DNA of 64,000 bases from an uncultured virus (IMG/VR IMGVR_UViG_3300010163_003618) (taxonomy: Duplodnaviria; Heunggongvirae; Uroviricota; Caudoviricetes), in IMG/VR virus record IMGVR_UViG_3300010163_003618. One strand, 5' to 3'. The position numbers were made by a program, and so were the translations under genes. Of the stretch, positions 59,402 through 64,000 are shown piece after piece. Within the stretch, counting starts at the first letter, position 1, and each line of letters opens with the position of its first letter. The notes under the pieces are model-generated. The model saw only the letters and a list, made by a program, of their open reading frames with translations. It was not told where the DNA came from and searched no databases.

Positions 59402-59971
59402 ATGGAAAAGAAGAAAGTGCTTATTGTTGTGGATTACCAGAAGGATTTCGTGGATGGTGCATTGGGGTTTGAAAGTGCCAAGAATTTGGATCAGGGAATC
59501 GCTGATCTCGTAGAGCAGTATATGAAAAACGGAGATGTAGTCATCTTTACGGCTGACACACATTATGAAAACTATCTGGACACACAGGAAGGCAAGAAGT
59601 TACCCGTGATGCATTGTGTAGAAGGATCTGATGGATGGCAGTTTTACGGTAAAACCGGTGAAGCATACAACAAGGAGTATAACAATGGAAAGATACTGAT
59701 GATCAGCAAAGAAACCTTTGGAAGCCATACATTGGTTAACACACTCATGAGGGAAGACAAAGATGAGCAGGGGATCCCTAATCAGATCGAAAGTGTTACA
59801 GTGGTGGGTGTGGTTACCAATATGTGTGTTATCAGTAACGCGGTAATTGCTAAGGCGGCTTGCCCTGAGGCTGAAATCATCATCTTAAAGGATCTTGTAG
59901 ACAGCTTTGATAAGGAGTTGCATCAGAAGGCACTTGATGTGATGGCATCCATGCAGATGATAATTAAATAA
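59402..59971 (+). CDS. pncA: Nicotinamidase (PncA-like)
   Basis: VVDYQKDF, DTH, HC, KETFGS, GVVTNMCV; metal ligands and catalytic triad present. Confidence 0.85.
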   Translation: MEKKKVLIVVDYQKDFVDGALGFESAKNLDQGIADLVEQYMKNGDVVIFTADTHYENYLDTQEGKKLPVMHCVEGSDGWQFYGKTGEAYNKEYNNGKILMISKETFGSHTLVNTLMREDKDEQGIPNQIESVTVVGVVTNMCVISNAVIAKAACPEAEIIILKDLVDSFDKELHQKALDVMASMQMIIK

Positions 59972-60000
59972 GCTGCATAGAGTTCTAAGAAGGGGCATAT

Positions 60001-60246
60001 ATGAGTATTGAAAAAATAAAGCTTACAAAAGTTAAAGATGATAAAGGTCATAATAATTGCACTAACGAAAAAAGAGTGTCCGGGGGCATGGTGCTTATAC
60101 TATTGTGTGCCGTTGCAGTATTTGGAGCAACGTTAACAGGGTTAGGATCTGATATTAATTCAAATGCATTAATGGATGGTGGAATAGCATTAATGATATC
60201 AGGCGGAGTGTTCTGTATACCAGTAGGATGTCATTACTTCGGATAG
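60001..60246 (+). CDS. Small 2-TM membrane protein
   Basis: 81 aa, two hydrophobic segments. Confidence 0.55.
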   Translation: MSIEKIKLTKVKDDKGHNNCTNEKRVSGGMVLILLCAVAVFGATLTGLGSDINSNALMDGGIALMISGGVFCIPVGCHYFG

Positions 60247-60269
60247 AAGCATAAAACATTGAGGGGTCA

Positions 60270-60310
60270 AAAAAGTCACTGATTGCATATAGGTGGTCAG
60301 TGACTTTTTT
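60270..60310 (+). terminator. Intrinsic terminator
   Basis: AAAAGTCACTGATTGC/GTGGTCAGTGACTTTT. Confidence 0.85.
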
Positions 60311-60385
60311 ACTACCTACATATTAAAAAGCCTTAAGTTAGTAAAAAGGTATTTTTAATTTAGTAGGAGAGGAAGTAAGTACATA

Positions 60386-61972
60386 ATGAAGCACATTAAA
60401 ACTGAACAAAGACATGATGAGTTTAAAATGACATTTAATGAAAAAGTAATATTTACAATATTGAATTTATCTATGCTTTTAGCAGCTGGATTTTTCATTT
60501 GGAGAGGTACACCCAACACTGATACATATTGGATGGTGGCAACAGGAGAGTACATAGTTCAAAATAGAGAAATACCAACCATCAATCCGTTTGTAATACA
60601 CGATAACATGAGCATTATAATACAACAATATACATATGATATATTGATATATTTATTATATACAAAACTGGGTAATTTTGGATTAATGATATTATGTTTT
60701 ATAACATATGCAATAAGTTGTTATTTTATACATCAATATATAAAACTTGTTGCACATAACAAGTATACTTTATATTTAACAACATTTGCTACACAAATAT
60801 TATTTGCTGTTGTACAATTAGCAATGGTATCAAGACCACAATCAATATCATTAATAAACATACTAGTAATATTAGTACAATTAGAAAAATATTCACAAAC
60901 AAATAATAAAAAGCATTTACTTGTATTACCAATTATATCATTATTAGAAATAAATATACATGCATCATTTTTCTTAATATTATTTGTATTTATGCTACCT
61001 TACTTATGTATAGAGAAATTGCATATACAATCATTTAAAAAAGACATAACAGAATGGATAAAATCAAGAAAATATATAATATTAACAATGATTATAATGT
61101 TGATTACAGGATTTATTAATCCTTATGGCATTGATAATATAATGTATCTAGCAAATTCCTATGGCTCAGCATCATATAATAATTTAATAGAAGAATTGCA
61201 AAAGCCAGAACTATCTAGTATAACAGGTATAATGTGCATAATAGCAATAATAATGATAACAGTTTACATATGTGAATATAAAAAGAATGTAAAGATAAGT
61301 CATTTAACATTATGTGCAGGCACTATTATATTAGGATCAATGCATCACAGAAACTTATGGATAGTCTTTATAGGTATGATTCCAGTAATAACATCAGTTG
61401 TGAACAAGCAATTAGATGGAAGGAAGTTCAATGGATTTAATAATAGGAATACCATAATAGTAAGTATAACTTACTTGTTATTAAATATATTGATATTGTC
61501 AGCATTTATACAAGACAATGGTTTAAAACTTAGGGAATTAAAAGACAATAACAGAACACCTGAATCAGCAGTAGAATATTTGAATACGCTTAATAAAGAT
61601 GATTTAGTAATATATAACAGCTTCAATTCAGGTGGATACCTGGAGATGTACGGATATAAAGTTTATATAGATCAGCGTCCAGAGATATATCAGAAGTTAA
61701 TCAACAACAAGGAAGACATATACACTGAATATGTAGAAGTTAATTATAAAAATAGTGTAGAAGCCATAAGAAAATTTCTAGAAAAGTACCATTTTACACA
61801 TTTAATTGTAGGTGGTGGTACAGATTTGCATTTATATCTTGAGTTACAAGATGATTACAAAGCAATAGTAAGTGTAAACAAGTCATATACATTATTTGAG
61901 CATACAAGTTTTAGGTCAAAAGAATCAAACAAAATAGAGGGACATCTAAAATATGAAGTTAACAAAGAATAG
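60386..61972 (+). CDS. Polytopic membrane protein, GT-C glycosyltransferase-like, copy 1
   Basis: About 11-12 TM; DTYW-x4-G in the first external loop, RPQ, NIHAS, INPYG, GGYL, IDQRPE. Confidence 0.65.
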   Translation: MKHIKTEQRHDEFKMTFNEKVIFTILNLSMLLAAGFFIWRGTPNTDTYWMVATGEYIVQNREIPTINPFVIHDNMSIIIQQYTYDILIYLLYTKLGNFGLMILCFITYAISCYFIHQYIKLVAHNKYTLYLTTFATQILFAVVQLAMVSRPQSISLINILVILVQLEKYSQTNNKKHLLVLPIISLLEINIHASFFLILFVFMLPYLCIEKLHIQSFKKDITEWIKSRKYIILTMIIMLITGFINPYGIDNIMYLANSYGSASYNNLIEELQKPELSSITGIMCIIAIIMITVYICEYKKNVKISHLTLCAGTIILGSMHHRNLWIVFIGMIPVITSVVNKQLDGRKFNGFNNRNTIIVSITYLLLNILILSAFIQDNGLKLRELKDNNRTPESAVEYLNTLNKDDLVIYNSFNSGGYLEMYGYKVYIDQRPEIYQKLINNKEDIYTEYVEVNYKNSVEAIRKFLEKYHFTHLIVGGGTDLHLYLELQDDYKAIVSVNKSYTLFEHTSFRSKESNKIEGHLKYEVNKE

Positions 61973-63398
61973 AAAAAGAGTTTACACAGCATGCATAATA
62001 ACACTATTTCTCTACAGCTTGGTAATGATAAAAACATTATTACCAAGCTCAGACATATACTGGATGATATCAACAGGTAGATTTATAGCAGAGCATGGGA
62101 TACCTACAATCAATCCATTTACAATACATGAGAACTTTAGTATAATTATTCAACAGTGGTTATACGACGTTATAATATATAAGCTATACAGTGCAGCAGA
62201 GTTCAATGCCATATTTGTATTTTCAGCATTAACATATTTAATGTTTTTCATACTTCTGTATAAGTATATAAAAATACTGTCAAATAATATATACACATCT
62301 TTAAATTTAACATTGATCTTTGGATTTATAATAGCAAGACTTCAACATATGTTTGTAAACAGACCACAATTTATATCATTAATATTAATATTAGTAGCAT
62401 ATATAGTCATAGAGAAGTATAAGCATACAAATAATAAAAAATATTTAGTAATATTGCCTATGGTATCAATAATACAAGCTAATATACATTCTTCATTCTT
62501 ACTAGTAACATTTGTAATGATACTGCCACATCTTTGTAAAGAATTTTTCAATAAGAAAACAGTATATTGGATAAAAAGTAAAAAAGCTTTATTTATATCC
62601 TTTATATGCATGATCTTAGTATCTATAATAAATCCATATAAATTACAGGGCATAACATATTTGATTAAATCATATAGAGAAGTAGTAGAAAACATAGCTA
62701 TAGTAGAATTAAGAAAACCTATATTTTTAAGTGTCGAAGGGATAATAATGATAGCATGTATATGTATAATAGCAATATATGTGTACATATACAAAGATAA
62801 CTTAAGAATAACATATATAACAATGTCAATTGGCACACTTATATTAGGACTTATGCATTATAGAAATATATGGTTAGCAGTTATAGGAGTTATACCATTG
62901 ATTTCCACACTGTTACAAAACAGACAATATGAGGACTTTGAACAATATAAGACAGTAGCAACATGTATAGTGTTAGGAATCATAAGTTTAATTTTGGCAG
63001 TATGCATGATAAAATCAACTTATAAATCAGAAGAAGATAACAGTGTAAGACCTGAATTAGCAGTTGAATATCTTAATAATTATCAAGGTGAAATAAAATT
63101 ATACAATGATTTCAATTCAGGTGGATACCTGGAGATGTACGGATATAAAGTTTATATAGATCAGCGTCCAGAGATATATGAATCAGCAATAAATAATCAA
63201 AAAGACATATATTCAGAATATATAAATTTGAATTATAATTCAAATACAGATGAATTAAAAAGTATACTTGATAAATATAATTTTACACATATGATTATTA
63301 GGAAAGGTACAACATTAGATATGATTGTACAACTTCAATCAGATTATAAAGTAGTTGTAGATAGTACAGATTATAAGTTATTGGAGCATGTTAAATAA
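61953..63398 (+). CDS. Polytopic membrane protein, GT-C glycosyltransferase-like, copy 2
   Basis: Tandem paralog with the same motifs (DIYW, RPQ, NIHSS, INPY, GGYL, IDQRPE). Confidence 0.65.
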   Translation: MKLTKNRKRVYTACIITLFLYSLVMIKTLLPSSDIYWMISTGRFIAEHGIPTINPFTIHENFSIIIQQWLYDVIIYKLYSAAEFNAIFVFSALTYLMFFILLYKYIKILSNNIYTSLNLTLIFGFIIARLQHMFVNRPQFISLILILVAYIVIEKYKHTNNKKYLVILPMVSIIQANIHSSFLLVTFVMILPHLCKEFFNKKTVYWIKSKKALFISFICMILVSIINPYKLQGITYLIKSYREVVENIAIVELRKPIFLSVEGIIMIACICIIAIYVYIYKDNLRITYITMSIGTLILGLMHYRNIWLAVIGVIPLISTLLQNRQYEDFEQYKTVATCIVLGIISLILAVCMIKSTYKSEEDNSVRPELAVEYLNNYQGEIKLYNDFNSGGYLEMYGYKVYIDQRPEIYESAINNQKDIYSEYINLNYNSNTDELKSILDKYNFTHMIIRKGTTLDMIVQLQSDYKVVVDSTDYKLLEHVK

Positions 63399-63470
63399 AA
63401 GTTGTTGCTATGTATTTAGGCTCAAAAATATTGTAGATATAATTTTTAATAAGAATTGGAGGGAATAATA

Positions 63471-63971
63471 ATGAGTGAAACATCTAATAAAACAGTTTTA
63501 GACCTGGCAAAGGATCAAGGAGCAGTAGCAATTAAATTAGTGCTTTACGCTTCAGCATATTATTCAGAAGCAGAATATACAGAGGAAATTGTGTTGCTTA
63601 CTGCAGATTATGCAAAGTACATTGAGGGTAAAGTAGAGATAGACCCTTTTGGCAAAACAGTTATATCTATCCCTGAACTTGATGGTAAGTTTTCTGAAAC
63701 AGAAGGTGAGATTGATGTAGAGTTCATCACAGAAGATGATTTGAAGAATGATGACTTATGTCTTTATGACTTATCAGAAGATGGTGAGTACTTAAGAAAT
63801 TATTTATTTAGCAGTGATTCAGAGTTGAGGGATCAGTTAAAGGCTAATTTCAATGAGTACTATGATAAGATAGATTACTTTAAAACAATAAAGGTGTCAG
63901 TAAGAAAAAGTCAAATACAACAGGTCAGAGACTTTGTAAATAAACTAAATAATGAAAGTGGTAATGAGTAA
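63471..63971 (+). CDS. Acidic hypothetical protein
   Basis: GGAGG SD before 63471. Confidence 0.6.
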   Translation: MSETSNKTVLDLAKDQGAVAIKLVLYASAYYSEAEYTEEIVLLTADYAKYIEGKVEIDPFGKTVISIPELDGKFSETEGEIDVEFITEDDLKNDDLCLYDLSEDGEYLRNYLFSSDSELRDQLKANFNEYYDKIDYFKTIKVSVRKSQIQQVRDFVNKLNNESGNE

Positions 63972-64000
63972 TGAAAGATATCTTTACTAAAAGAGAAGCA

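Noticed and set aside
921..62836. Minus-strand ORFs in the track (e.g. 34210-34881, 41888-42490, 31702-32289)
   Set aside because: Almost all are antisense shadows of well-supported + strand genes or RNAs, with no recognisable motifs
22741..63179. Identical tracts as diversity-generating retroelement TR/VR pairs
   Set aside because: No adenine-specific mismatches, no reverse transcriptase, and both copies lie in conserved coding motifs
1..64000. Stop-codon reassignment (as in some gut jumbo phages)
   Set aside because: Long conserved genes are intact in code 11 and end naturally at TAA, TAG (e.g. 2520, 40564, 53756) and TGA
1..64000. CRISPR array
   Set aside because: No run of identical 25-40 bp repeats with unique spacers was seen

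Overview
Very AT-rich, gene-dense 64 kb segment with essentially every real gene on the + strand. It has no ribosomal or housekeeping operons, scattered CCA-less tRNAs, many hypothetical proteins and near-consensus sigmaA promoters. This best fits a jumbo phage or another giant extrachromosomal element of a Clostridia/Lachnospiraceae-type host (inference; no capsid, terminase or relaxase gene lies in this window). Genes read intact in genetic code 11. Main contents: (1) An RNA island at 3.8-6.25 kb with tRNA-Asn, tRNA-Thr and three tRNA-Ser genes, several unexplained structured RNAs, a frameshifted RNA-repair-type HAD gene and two unannotated Ser/Thr/Asn-rich mini-ORFs; an initiator tRNA lies at 13.5 kb. 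(2) Nucleotide, NAD and repair genes: PARG-type macrodomain, two isochorismatase/nicotinamidase genes, NrtR-like Nudix, OGG1-type glycosylase, DUF488, Dam-type methylase, an SF2 helicase and two tandem Pif1-like helicases preceded by iteron-like repeats. (3) An Rpn PD-(D/E)XK nuclease with an internal in-frame start. (4) A family of element proteins sharing a DUF3892-like repeated domain. (5) An almost complete Ter stress-response system: C-C lyase, ATP-grasp, PRTase-TRSP, StiP-Pelota, vWA, HAD, YceG, TelA, Ca2+ P-type ATPase, AIM24 and five TerD domains. (6) Envelope-acting genes: prepilin peptidase, Zn-phospholipase C, SGNH hydrolase, SleB-like hydrolase and two tandem GT-C-like membrane proteins. 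All family assignments are by motif recognition, not database search.
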